Source: Thioalkalivibrio sp. (GTDB taxonomy: Bacteria; Pseudomonadota; Gammaproteobacteria; SpSt-1174). Taken from it: DNA of 37,688 nucleotides. This document shows positions 1-9,288 of the stretch, in pieces (position 1 is the stretch's first letter; each line of letters begins with the position of its first letter). The DNA lies in contig DSBO01000048.1 in assembly GCA_011046015.1 (NCBI GenBank), forward strand, positions 1-37,688. Reading direction: 5' to 3'. The notes beneath the pieces are model-generated. The model had not been told where the DNA came from. It saw nothing but the letters and a program-made list of their open reading frames with translations, and searched no databases. A program made the position numbers and the translations under genes.

Positions 1-2532
1 ATCGAGGACATCCAGGACCAGGTGGAGCTGGCGTTGATGCGCAACGGCCACCACAAGGTGGCGCGCGCCTACGTGCTCTACCGCGAACAGCGTGCCCTGG
101 AGCGCGCGGCCACGCGTGCCGACACCGCATCCGGCGGCGAGACGCCGACGTTGCACGTCCGGCTGGCGGACGGCGCCACGCGCCCGGTGGACCTGGCCCA
201 TATCGAGGTCCTGGTGGCCGAGGCCTGCGAAGGGCTCGATGGCGCGGACCGTGCGCGGCTGCTGGAGGAATGCCGCCGCAACCTGTTCGACGGCATGAGC
301 GAGGCCGACCTGGGCAATGCCCTGGTGATGAGCGCGCGGGTGCTCATCGAGCAGGACCCGCACTACTCACAGGCGGCGGCCCGTCTGCTGCTGAACCACC
401 TGCGCCACGAGGCGCTCGGTTTCCTGTCCGGCCATGCGGCCGACGGCACGCGGGCGGCCATGGCCGAGGCCTATCCCGAGTACTTCATGCGTTACCTCGC
501 ACGCGGTGTCGAGCTCGAGCTGCTCGACCCCGAACTGCGGCGCTTCGATCTCGCGCGCCTGGGACAGGCGCTGCGACCCGAACGCGACGAACAGTTCACC
601 TACCTCGGCCTGCAGACGCTCTATGACCGGTACTTCCTGCACAGCCGGGGTGGGCGCTTCGAGCTGCCCCAGGCCTTCTTCATGCGTGTGGCCATGGGCC
701 TGGCCATGCACGAGATCGATCGCGAGGCCCGTGCCATCGAGTTCTACGAGCTGCTCTCGTCCTTCGACTTCATGTGCTCCACGCCGACCCTGTTCAACGC
801 CGGCACCCTGCGGCCGCAGCTGTCGTCCTGCTATCTCACCACCGTGCCCGACGACCTGGAGGGCATCTACAACGCCATCCGCGACAATGCGCTGCTGTCC
901 AAGTTCGCCGGCGGGCTGGGTAACGACTGGACGCGGGTGCGCGGTCTGGGCGCCCACATCAAGGGTACCAACGGCAGCTCGCAGGGGGTGGTGCCGTTCA
1001 TGAAGGTCGCCAGCGACACGGCCGTGGCCGTGAACCAGGGTGGCAAGCGCAAGGGCGCGGTCTGTGCCTACCTGGAGACCTGGCACATCGACATCGAGGA
1101 GTTCCTCGAGCTGCGCAAGAACACGGGCGACGAGCGTCGCCGCACCCACGACATGAACACCGCCAACTGGATCCCCGACCTGTTCATGAAGCGCGTGGCC
1201 GAGGAGGGCGAGTGGAGTCTGTTCTCGCCCGACGAGGTGCCGGACCTGCACGACCTGTACGGTGCGGCATTCGAGGCGCGCTACTGCGAGTACGAGGACC
1301 GGGCCGCGCGCGGCGAGCTGCGGGTACACAAGCGGGTCAGGGCCGTGGACCTGTGGCGCAAGATGCTCGGCATGCTGTTCGAGACCGGGCATCCCTGGAT
1401 CACCTTCAAGGATCCCTGCAACCTGCGCTCGCCGCAGGGCCATGCAGGCGTCGTGCATTCGTCGAACCTGTGCACCGAGATCACCCTCAACACCGCCGAT
1501 GACGAGATTGCCGTGTGCAACCTCGGCAGCATCAACCTGGTGCGCCACATGAGCGACGGCGCACTCGATCACGACAAGCTGCGGCGCACCGTGCGCACCG
1601 CCATGCGCATGCTCGACAACGTCATCGACTACAACTTCTACAGCGTGCCGCAGGCGCGCCGCTCCAACCTGCGCCATCGCCCGGTGGGGCTGGGCCTGAT
1701 GGGATTCCAGGACGCGCTCTACCTCGCGCGCCTGCCCTATGCCTCCGAGGCGGCCGTGGACTTCGCCGACGCGTCCATGGAGGCCATCAGCTACTACGCC
1801 ATCGAGGCCTCCAGCGACCTGGCCGCCGAGCGCGGGCGCTACGCGAGCTTCGAGGGATCACTCTGGAGCCAGGGCGTGTTGCCCATCGATTCCATCGCGC
1901 GCCTGGCGGCAGAGCGCGGCGGCTACCTCGACGTGGACCGGGAGACGCGCCTGGACTGGGAGGCGCTGCGTGACCGTGTACGCAGCCAGGGTATGCGCAA
2001 TTCCAACACCATGGCCATCGCGCCCACCGCCACCATCGCCAACATCTGCGGCGTGTCGCAGTCCATCGAGCCCACGTACCAGAACCTGTTCGTCAAATCG
2101 AACCTCTCCGGCGAGTTCACCGTGGTCAACCCCTACCTGGTGCGCGACCTCAAGGCGCTCGGTCGCTGGGACGAGGTCATGATCAACGACCTCAAGTACT
2201 ACGACGGGTCGGTCGCCGCGATCGGCGCCGTGCCCGAAGAACTGCGTGCGCTCTATGCCACCGCCTTCGAGCTCGATCCGCGCTGGCTGGTCGAGGCCGC
2301 AGCGCGGCGGCAGAAGTGGCTGGACCAGGCCCAGTCCCTCAACCTCTACCTGGCCGAACCCTCGGGTCGCAAGCTCGACGCGCTGTACAAGCTCGCCTGG
2401 GTGCGTGGTCTGAAGACCACCTACTACCTGCGTTCCATGGGCGCGACCCACGTGGAAAAAACGGCCGGGCCCGTTGCCGAGGCGCCGACGGCCTGCTCGA
2501 TACTCGATCCCGATTGCGAGGCCTGCCAGTGA
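1..2532 (+). CDS. nrdA: Class Ia ribonucleoside-diphosphate reductase alpha subunit (5'-truncated by window), with tandem ATP-cone region
   Basis: Frame is open from base 1 (IEDIQDQVELALM...ARAYVLYRE = end of an ATP cone), followed by a second degenerate cone. Motifs: STPTLFNAGT, QLSSCY, VNQGGKRKGA, SSNLCTEI (thiyl Cys), APTATI, KTTYYLR and C-terminal CEACQ. Confidence 0.97.
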   Translation: MEDIQDQVELALMRNGHHKVARAYVLYREQRALERAATRADTASGGETPTLHVRLADGATRPVDLAHIEVLVAEACEGLDGADRARLLEECRRNLFDGMSEADLGNALVMSARVLIEQDPHYSQAAARLLLNHLRHEALGFLSGHAADGTRAAMAEAYPEYFMRYLARGVELELLDPELRRFDLARLGQALRPERDEQFTYLGLQTLYDRYFLHSRGGRFELPQAFFMRVAMGLAMHEIDREARAIEFYELLSSFDFMCSTPTLFNAGTLRPQLSSCYLTTVPDDLEGIYNAIRDNALLSKFAGGLGNDWTRVRGLGAHIKGTNGSSQGVVPFMKVASDTAVAVNQGGKRKGAVCAYLETWHIDIEEFLELRKNTGDERRRTHDMNTANWIPDLFMKRVAEEGEWSLFSPDEVPDLHDLYGAAFEARYCEYEDRAARGELRVHKRVRAVDLWRKMLGMLFETGHPWITFKDPCNLRSPQGHAGVVHSSNLCTEITLNTADDEIAVCNLGSINLVRHMSDGALDHDKLRRTVRTAMRMLDNVIDYNFYSVPQARRSNLRHRPVGLGLMGFQDALYLARLPYASEAAVDFADASMEAISYYAIEASSDLAAERGRYASFEGSLWSQGVLPIDSIARLAAERGGYLDVDRETRLDWEALRDRVRSQGMRNSNTMAIAPTATIANICGVSQSIEPTYQNLFVKSNLSGEFTVVNPYLVRDLKALGRWDEVMINDLKYYDGSVAAIGAVPEELRALYATAFELDPRWLVEAAARRQKWLDQAQSLNLYLAEPSGRKLDALYKLAWVRGLKTTYYLRSMGATHVEKTAGPVAEAPTACSILDPDCEACQ

Positions 2533-2560
2533 AGCCCCAACCGAACACGGAGACGCGAAC

Positions 2561-3679
2561 ATGCTGAACTGGGACGATCCGATCGCGGCCGTCACCGGCC
2601 GCGCGACACGGGAACCCCCGGCGACCGCTGCCGAGGACGACGGCCGGGCCACGGAGCCGACCGCCGAGGGGAGCCCGCGGCCGGTGAACGCCGAGGACAA
2701 GCGCGTGGTCAACGGCCTGACCGACATCAACCAGCTCGCGCCCTTCAAGTACCCGTGGGCGTGGAACTACTTCATCAATGCCAATCGCAACCACTGGACG
2801 CCGCTCGACATCAACATGGCCTCCGACGTGCACGACTATCACCATCGCCTGACGCTGGAGGAGCGGCACGTGTACGAGAACGTGCTCGCCTATCTCACCA
2901 CTTCCGACATCCTGGCCATGCGCAACATCGGCCTGGCGGTGATGGAGAAGATGAGTGCGCCGGAGCTGCAGATCTATCAGGCACGCCAGGTCTACGAGGA
3001 ATCCCTGCACACCTGGACCTACCAGCACTGCATCGAAACCCTCGGTCTGGACCAGCAGGAGATCTACAACCGCTACCGCGTGGTGCCCGAGATCCACGGC
3101 AAGATCCGCATCGCCAACCGCCGCCTGGAGTCGGTGATGCGCCCGGACATCGATCTCACCCGGCGCGACGACCTGATGGACTTCCTGCTGGCCTACATCT
3201 TCTTCGCCGGCGTGTTCGAGGGCTGCTGGTTCTACAACGGGTTCACGCCCATCTTCGCCCTGCAGCGCCGGGGGCTGATGAAGGGGAGCGCCGAGCAACT
3301 GCAGTACATCATGCGCGACGAGGTCATGCACGTGAGCTTCGGCATCCGGGTGGCGAAGCAGATCATGCTGGAGGAAAACATCCGGCCGGAGGCGCGCGCC
3401 ATGGAAGCGATGTGGGCGGAGGCCGAGGCGGCCGAGGCGGCCTATGCGCGTTACCTGCTGCCCGATCCGATCCTCGGCTACAGCGCCGACATGCACAGTG
3501 CTCAGTTCCGCTTCGTGGCCAACCGGCGTGCCCGCCAGCTCGGCCTGGACGAGCCGTTCCCGGGCGCCGAGAACGTGCTGCCCTGGCTGGACGAGCAGTC
3601 GAACCTGAGAAAGGAGAAGAACTTCTTCGAGACGCGGGTCACCGAGTACCAGGCCGGCGGGGCGCTCAGCTGGGACTAG
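2561..3679 (+). CDS. nrdB: Class Ia ribonucleotide reductase beta (R2) subunit
   Basis: ATG 2561 follows GGAG. Ferritin-like ligands TTSD, EESLH, FEG and RDEVMH; radical Tyr in EESLHTWTY; C-terminal KEKNFFETRVTEY. Adjacent to nrdA. Confidence 0.95.
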   Translation: MLNWDDPIAAVTGRATREPPATAAEDDGRATEPTAEGSPRPVNAEDKRVVNGLTDINQLAPFKYPWAWNYFINANRNHWTPLDINMASDVHDYHHRLTLEERHVYENVLAYLTTSDILAMRNIGLAVMEKMSAPELQIYQARQVYEESLHTWTYQHCIETLGLDQQEIYNRYRVVPEIHGKIRIANRRLESVMRPDIDLTRRDDLMDFLLAYIFFAGVFEGCWFYNGFTPIFALQRRGLMKGSAEQLQYIMRDEVMHVSFGIRVAKQIMLEENIRPEARAMEAMWAEAEAAEAAYARYLLPDPILGYSADMHSAQFRFVANRRARQLGLDEPFPGAENVLPWLDEQSNLRKEKNFFETRVTEYQAGGALSWD

Positions 3680-4959
3680 ACCGGGTGGATGTCCGGCAGG
3701 TCCTGCTCCTCGCCTTCCTCGCGGGGGCGTGGCAGGGCCTCACGGCGCGGGGCCGTCAGGCGGGGCGGCTCGGTGTGGCCGGTGACGGCCAGCTCCAGCC
3801 CGGCGCGGTAGTAAGCGTCGGCGTGCTCGGGCTCCTTGAGCGTGGCCGACAGGCGCGCAAGCTCGTAATAGGTCTCGGCCTGAGGGCCGATGGCCAGGCT
3901 CGCGTCGAGGTAGGCGCGGGCCTTGCCCCAGAGCTGGGCCTGCAGGGCAAGCCGGCCGAGTGTAAGCAGCAGCGTGGCATCCTCGCCGTGCCGCTGTACC
4001 CAGCCTTCCGCCTCGCGCAGGGTACGGTCGGGGCGGTCGAACTGCACGCGCCCGTAGAGGCGCACCAGTTCGTCGTCCCAGCCCTTCGCGAGCGTGGACT
4101 TGAGCACGTTGCCGGCGGCCTCGTGATCCTCCAGCTCGATCAGGGCGCGGGCATAATGGGCGATAAGGTCCGGACGCTGGCGGGAGTCGCGCGGCAGCTG
4201 TTTCCAGATATTGACCAGCGTGGCGCGGTTGCCGTCGTGGGCGGCGGCCAGCAGTTCGGCCTCGACGGCCACCGTCTCGAAGCGCTCGAGTTCCTGCTCC
4301 TCGAACAGCTTGCGTCGACGCAGGGTGGGCAGCAGCTCCATCAGTCCCTGCCAGTCCTCGAGCTTGAGATAGAGCCGGGCCAGCAGGCGCAGGGCGTAGC
4401 CGTGGCGTGGCGCCACGTGCTTGAGGTGATTCAGCGTGGCGAGTGCCGGTTCGAGCTGGTCGTGGGCGAGTTGCAGCTCGGCCTGGGTGAGGCTCACGGC
4501 GACGTCGGCCCTGGCGTCGCTCTCGATCGCCCAGCGCAGGTAGTCATCGCGTCGGTCATAGGCGCCCTGGAGCTGCGCGGCGCGGGCGGCGGATAGGTAG
4601 TTGAGCAGGGGGGTGTCGCTACGCCGGGCACTGCGGATGAGCAGGCGTTCGGCCTTGGCGAAACGCCCTTCGGCCATCTCGATGAGGCCTCGTACCAGGC
4701 CCTTGCGGTCACGATCAGCCAGACGGCGCCGGTTCATCTCGCGCAGCTGGCCGGGTAGCTGCCACAGGCTGACGAGGAAGCGCACCAGCACGTACAGGGC
4801 GACCAGACCCGCCACCGTGAGCGGCAGGAAATACTGCATCGGCATCTCGACGCTGCGGTTGCCGTAGGCGAAGAGCACGAAGCCCTGTTCGGTCAGGAAG
4901 GCGTGCGTGAACACGGCTGTGGCCAGCGCCAGCAGCAGGGCGATGAACAGCGCCTTCAT
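3676..4959 (-). CDS. hemY: HemY_N/TPR heme biosynthesis-associated membrane protein (not the protoporphyrinogen oxidase HemY)
   Basis: Two N-terminal TM segments, GLIEMAEGRFAKAERLL, AARAAQLQG, TPR-like helices; last gene of hemCDXY. Confidence 0.9.
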   Translation of the reverse strand: MKALFIALLLALATAVFTHAFLTEQGFVLFAYGNRSVEMPMQYFLPLTVAGLVALYVLVRFLVSLWQLPGQLREMNRRRLADRDRKGLVRGLIEMAEGRFAKAERLLIRSARRSDTPLLNYLSAARAAQLQGAYDRRDDYLRWAIESDARADVAVSLTQAELQLAHDQLEPALATLNHLKHVAPRHGYALRLLARLYLKLEDWQGLMELLPTLRRRKLFEEQELERFETVAVEAELLAAAHDGNRATLVNIWKQLPRDSRQRPDLIAHYARALIELEDHEAAGNVLKSTLAKGWDDELVRLYGRVQFDRPDRTLREAEGWVQRHGEDATLLLTLGRLALQAQLWGKARAYLDASLAIGPQAETYYELARLSATLKEPEHADAYYRAGLELAVTGHTEPPRLTAPRREALPRPREEGEEQDLPDIHPV

Positions 4960-6134
4960 TGCGCGGGCACCTCGTCAGCCGGCTTCGGGGCGCCCGGGCG
5001 GCGGTTGAGTTCATGCAGCTTGTCGAGCGAGGCCGTCAGTTCCGGCAGTGCGGGACGCAGGTTGACGGCGTCCAGTGCCTCGAGTTCGGCGGCCAGCGTG
5101 GCGGCGTGCTCGCCGTCGAACTTCGCAGTGAGCCACTCGCGCGCAGCGCGGAGCTGGCGGTGGTATTCGGCGTCGTCCTGGCGCAGCACGGCGATGCGGG
5201 CGGCCTCCAGGCGCAGCCGCAGCAGCTGGTTGAGGTGCAGCTCGGTCTCGGTGTCCGGCAGGGCCTTCACCGGATCCGGGTACTCGCGATAGGTGATGTG
5301 CTCGCTGAAGGCGTTCCACACGTGTCGGGCAAGCCCGGCAGCGGTCTTCTGCTCCTCCTCGGGTACCTCCACGGTGAGCTCGCGCGCCACCGTTTCCTGC
5401 TCGGGCAGCTGCAGCGGCATGGGTTTCAGGTGCGTGGCCATACGGTCCAGGCGCAGGGCGACGCCCACGAGATCGGGCCGTTCGAAGTCCTTGAGCATCT
5501 GGACCTCGTCGGCCAGCAGCTCGCGCACGGGCAGCAGCTTGGGATCGGCCAGGTCGCGCACGCGCCGGTCGGCGGCCTCGAGTGCGGCGATGGCGCCGTC
5601 GAAGTCGCGCATCAGGCGCAGCCGCTGGTTGGCGATCTGTATGAGGTACTCGATCTCGGCGATCATCCAGTCACGCTGATCGCGCATGGATACCTCGTGC
5701 AGGGTGCCGACGGTGTCCTTGAGGTGTTCGATCTCGCGGCCGCGGGCGTCGCCGGCGCTTCGCAGGGCGCGGCCCTGTTCGGCGAGTTCCCGGCGCAGCG
5801 CGGCCACCTGGGCGGAGGCGTCGAGGCCGGCGATACGCTCCTCGAGGGCGGCGAGGGCGTCGGCCTGGCGCGTGTCCTCCGTGCGTTGCTGCTGCCAGGC
5901 CCACCAGCCCGCGCCGATGCCGCCGCCCCCGGTGGCCAGTGCGAGCAGTGCGATTGCCCAGGCGCCAACAATGGCGGCGTTCCGGCTTCTTGCCGGGGCC
6001 ACGTCACGCTCCTCCACCGGCTCGGCGATGACTTCCTCGACCTCAACCTCCTCGGTACCGGTCGTGTTGTCGGCGGTCCCGGCGTCGGTCGAGGCCTCCC
6101 CGGGGTTCTCGTCGCGCTTGTCGTCGTTATTCAT
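4956..6134 (-). CDS. hemX: HemX family membrane-anchored coiled-coil protein
   Basis: Acidic N-terminus, single TM, DWMIAEIEYLIQIANQRL motif, LRLRLEAARIAVL; lies between hemD and hemY. Confidence 0.9.
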   Translation of the reverse strand: MNNDDKRDENPGEASTDAGTADNTTGTEEVEVEEVIAEPVEERDVAPARSRNAAIVGAWAIALLALATGGGGIGAGWWAWQQQRTEDTRQADALAALEERIAGLDASAQVAALRRELAEQGRALRSAGDARGREIEHLKDTVGTLHEVSMRDQRDWMIAEIEYLIQIANQRLRLMRDFDGAIAALEAADRRVRDLADPKLLPVRELLADEVQMLKDFERPDLVGVALRLDRMATHLKPMPLQLPEQETVARELTVEVPEEEQKTAAGLARHVWNAFSEHITYREYPDPVKALPDTETELHLNQLLRLRLEAARIAVLRQDDAEYHRQLRAAREWLTAKFDGEHAATLAAELEALDAVNLRPALPELTASLDKLHELNRRPGAPKPADEVPAQ

Positions 6135-6939
6135 GCTCGGCTTTCCGGTTGCGCGCCCAGTGAAGCAGCGCCTCCATCATGGCTTCGTCGCTGGGGTCGG
6201 CCGCGACTTCGGGTTCGACCTTGAAGCCCAGCTCGTGCGCCGTCTCCAGCATGCGCTCGCCGCCCACGATCAGCGGCGTGCTGCGCAGCCACATCTGTCC
6301 CAGTTTTCCTACCATATCAAACAGGTTGCGCAAGCCCTCGGAACTGGTCACCAGAATGACATCGAGCTCGTTGCGCGACCAGAGGTAGAGGATCTCGCCA
6401 TTGTCGGTATCGGGCCGGCCCCGTCGGTAGGCGTTGGCGTACTCGACGATGGCGCCTCGCGCCCTGAGGGTGTCGCCCAGCATCTCGCGCCCGCCGTCGC
6501 CGCGGAAGATCACGACCCGCTTGCCGCCCACGTCCTGCATCTCGGGCAGCTCGAGCAGGGCCTCGCTGTCGAAGCGCTTGTTGGGGTAAATGTCAGCGAT
6601 GCGACCGAAGCCCTTTAGCTCCTGTGCCGATTTGCGCCCAATTGCCGCGATCTTCGTCGACTCGGGGAACGCCCGACGCGAGCGAATCAGGTTCATTGCC
6701 TTGCGCACGGCGTTGGGACTGATGAACACGGCGATGTCGAACTCCTCCAGCCGGTCGATGAGTTCCAGCAGGGGCTTGCTGTCATTGGGCTCGAGGATCT
6801 CCAGCACCGGAAAGCGCACCGCCCGCCCGCCGGCCGCCTCGATCTGGGCGCAGAGGGCATCGGCCTGGTGGGCAGGGCGGGTGATCACCACCTTGAGGTG
6901 GCTCAGCGCCAGTTCGTCGGTGCGGGTTTCGGGCTGCAT
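6127..6939 (-). CDS. hemD: Uroporphyrinogen-III synthase
   Basis: VVITRP, FISPNAV, AIG, DSEALL, RGDGGRE, YRR and TSSEG motifs. Confidence 0.95.
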   Translation of the reverse strand: MQPETRTDELALSHLKVVITRPAHQADALCAQIEAAGGRAVRFPVLEILEPNDSKPLLELIDRLEEFDIAVFISPNAVRKAMNLIRSRRAFPESTKIAAIGRKSAQELKGFGRIADIYPNKRFDSEALLELPEMQDVGGKRVVIFRGDGGREMLGDTLRARGAIVEYANAYRRGRPDTDNGEILYLWSRNELDVILVTSSEGLRNLFDMVGKLGQMWLRSTPLIVGGERMLETAHELGFKVEPEVAADPSDEAMMEALLHWARNRKAEHE

Positions 6940-6988
6940 GGGATTATTCTAGTGACTGTAGTCGACAATGCGTGGGGTATGGGTGCCG

Positions 6989-7927
6989 TCAGGCATCCGG
7001 GCCCAGGCCCAGGGCCCTGAGGACGTCATGGGCGCCCTGCGAAAGCAGGTCTTCAGCCACCGTCAGCCCAATGGCCGCGGCGTCGGCGCGCGCGCCGCGT
7101 GCCTCGGCACGGAAGATCTGCCTGCCATCGGGCGAGCCGACGAGGCCGCGCAGCCACAGGTCGTCACCGTCCAGCAGGGCGTAGCCGGCGATGGGCACCT
7201 GGCAGCCGCCGTTGAGGCGGTGGTTCATGGCCCGCTCGGCCGTCACGCGGTCGGTCGTGTCGGCGTCGCCCAGCGGCGCGAGCAGGTCCTTCACCCGGTT
7301 GTCATCGTCGCGGCATTCGATGCCAATGGCACCCTGGCCCACGGCCGGCAGGCTTTCTTCCGGGGTGAGGATGGCGGTGATGCGCTCGTGGAACTCCAGG
7401 CGCTTGAGGCCGGCGGCGGCGAGGATGATGGCGCCGTATTCTCCCTCGTCCAGTTTGCGCAGGCGGGTGTTCACGTTACCGCGCAGGAAGCGGATCTCGA
7501 GGTGCGGGTAGCGCGCCATGAGCTGGCACTGTCGGCGCAGGCTGGAGGTGCCGACCACCGCGCCCTCCGGCAGGTCCTCGGGCCGGGCGTAGCGGTTGGA
7601 GACATAGGCGTCGTGCGGATCCTCGCGCTCCATGATGACCGGCAGCGCGAAGCCCGCGGGCAGCTCCATGGGCACGTCCTTCATCGAGTGCACGGCGATG
7701 TCGGCGCGCCCCTCGATCATGCCCTGCTCCAGTTCTTTCACGAACAGGCCCTTGCCGCCGATCTTCGACAGCGGGCTGTCCAGCAACTGATCGCCCCGGG
7801 TGGTCATGCTCACCAGTTCGACCTCCAGGCCCGCGTGCAAGGCCCTGAGCCGGCGCGCGACCTCCTCGGCCTGCCAGACGGCCAGTGGGCTGCTGCGGGT
7901 GGCGATGCGGAGGATCTGCTGGGACAT
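6989..7927 (-). CDS. hemC: Hydroxymethylbilane synthase (porphobilinogen deaminase)
   Basis: [55 protein letters not shown]. Confidence 0.98.
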   Translation of the reverse strand: MSQQILRIATRSSPLAVWQAEEVARRLRALHAGLEVELVSMTTRGDQLLDSPLSKIGGKGLFVKELEQGMIEGRADIAVHSMKDVPMELPAGFALPVIMEREDPHDAYVSNRYARPEDLPEGAVVGTSSLRRQCQLMARYPHLEIRFLRGNVNTRLRKLDEGEYGAIILAAAGLKRLEFHERITAILTPEESLPAVGQGAIGIECRDDDNRVKDLLAPLGDADTTDRVTAERAMNHRLNGGCQVPIAGYALLDGDDLWLRGLVGSPDGRQIFRAEARGARADAAAIGLTVAEDLLSQGAHDVLRALGLGPDA

Positions 7928-8025
7928 GTGACTCCCGGTCGGGCTGTTGTGAGTGAAGGCAGAACTTTACGGGAAATGGCGCTGGATGGCCACTTGCGCC
8001 CGCCCCCCCGGGCCCTGTCGACGGC

Positions 8026-8544
8026 CTAGTAACGCACCTCGTTGACCCGGTACACGCGGTCCGGCGGGCCGAGCACGTCGATCAGCTGTTCGCGGGTCAG
8101 CGGCAGCGTGTAGAAGCGCTGTCCGTCGGCGGAACCGATCACCGGAAAGCTCCGCCCGCCGCAGTGCGAACAGAGGCTCAGGCGGGTCAGGCGCCCGTTG
8201 CCAAAGGCCAGGAAATAGCCACCACCTGCGTAGGCGTTGGCCATCAGCGCCTGGCGGTTGAGGCGTTCGGGCCATTGCGGTGGGGGTGCGAAGGCGGGCA
8301 GGCGTGGCGCCACGACGGCGGGGGTCAGTTCATCCAGTGCCAGGGCCCGATCCCCGAGTCGGATGTGAAAGTTGGCCGGTGGTGGTACATCGTCTTCCAA
8401 GTCGAGGCGCAGCAGGTAGTACTGGTAGGTCTCTTCGCCCTCCAGGCGTTCCCCGAAGGCCACTGCCGCCCCTTTTTCGAAGCGGCTGACGTCGGCGCAG
8501 CCGCCAAGCGCTGCCAGCATCACCAGCAACAGGAGAGGGCGCAC
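8026..8544 (-). CDS. Hypothetical lipoprotein
   Basis: GTG start, hydrophobic signal with lipobox LGG|C; fills the gap between algR and hemC on the same strand. Confidence 0.7.
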   Translation of the reverse strand: MRPLLLLVMLAALGGCADVSRFEKGAAVAFGERLEGEETYQYYLLRLDLEDDVPPPANFHIRLGDRALALDELTPAVVAPRLPAFAPPPQWPERLNRQALMANAYAGGGYFLAFGNGRLTRLSLCSHCGGRSFPVIGSADGQRFYTLPLTREQLIDVLGPPDRVYRVNEVRY

Positions 8545-8549
8545 GGGCT

Positions 8550-9284
8550 TTAGCGGGACTTGAGGAAGCGCCGTACCTCGGCGACGTGGCGGCGGCTGAT
8601 CTCGAGACGATCGTCGATGCCCTTCATGGCGATCATGAAGCGGCCCTCGGGTGACTTTTCCATGCCGCCGGCGAAGCGGCGCTGTACCAGGGCGTTGCGG
8701 TGTACGCGCAGGAAGCGCTCGCCGAACTCTTCCTCCAGCGACTTGAGCGGCTCCTCGATGATGACCTCGCCATCGGTGTGGCGCACGGTGACGTACTTCT
8801 GGTCGGCCAGGAAGTAGATGATGTTGTCCACCGGAATGAGTTCGAGGTTGCCGCGAAAGCGCGCGCAGATGTGGGTGCGGGCCTGATCCTCCTCGACCTC
8901 CTCGCCCAGGGCGGCGAGCTGGGCACGGGTGGGCGTGCGGGCGGCCGCCAGGGCATCGAGCAGGTGCTGCTTGCGGATAGGCTTGACCAGGTAGCCGGCG
9001 GCATGGGCCCGGAAAGCCTCCAGGGCGTGCTCCTCGAAGGCAGTGGTGAAGATAACGGCGGGCGGCGCCTCCAGGCCGGCGAGGTGGCGCGCCGCCTCGA
9101 TACCGTCCATGCCGGGCATGCGCACGTCCATGAGTACGATGTCCGGGTGCGCATGGTCGGCCTCGCGCAGGGCCTCGGTGCCGTTGGCGGCCTCGGCACA
9201 GACGCCGAAGTCCGGCAGTTCGTCGATCAGGCTGCGCAGCCGGTCGCGCGCGGGTTTCTCGTCGTCGACAATCAGGACCTTCAT
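8550..9284 (-). CDS. algR: LytTR-family response regulator (AlgR-like)
   Basis: Start re-set to ATG 9284 (MKVLIVDDEKPAR). REC domain (MDVRMPGMDG, FTTA, YLVKP) and LytTR domain (ADQKYV, FLRVHRNALV, ISRRH). Confidence 0.92.
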   Translation of the reverse strand: MKVLIVDDEKPARDRLRSLIDELPDFGVCAEAANGTEALREADHAHPDIVLMDVRMPGMDGIEAARHLAGLEAPPAVIFTTAFEEHALEAFRAHAAGYLVKPIRKQHLLDALAAARTPTRAQLAALGEEVEEDQARTHICARFRGNLELIPVDNIIYFLADQKYVTVRHTDGEVIIEEPLKSLEEEFGERFLRVHRNALVQRRFAGGMEKSPEGRFMIAMKGIDDRLEISRRHVAEVRRFLKSR

Positions 9285-9288
9285 GGTC

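Noticed and set aside
2561-3679. NrdB as a class Ic (Mn/Fe, Tyr-less) or metal-free R2
   Set aside because: The Asp first ligand, all Glu/His ligands and the radical Tyr are present.
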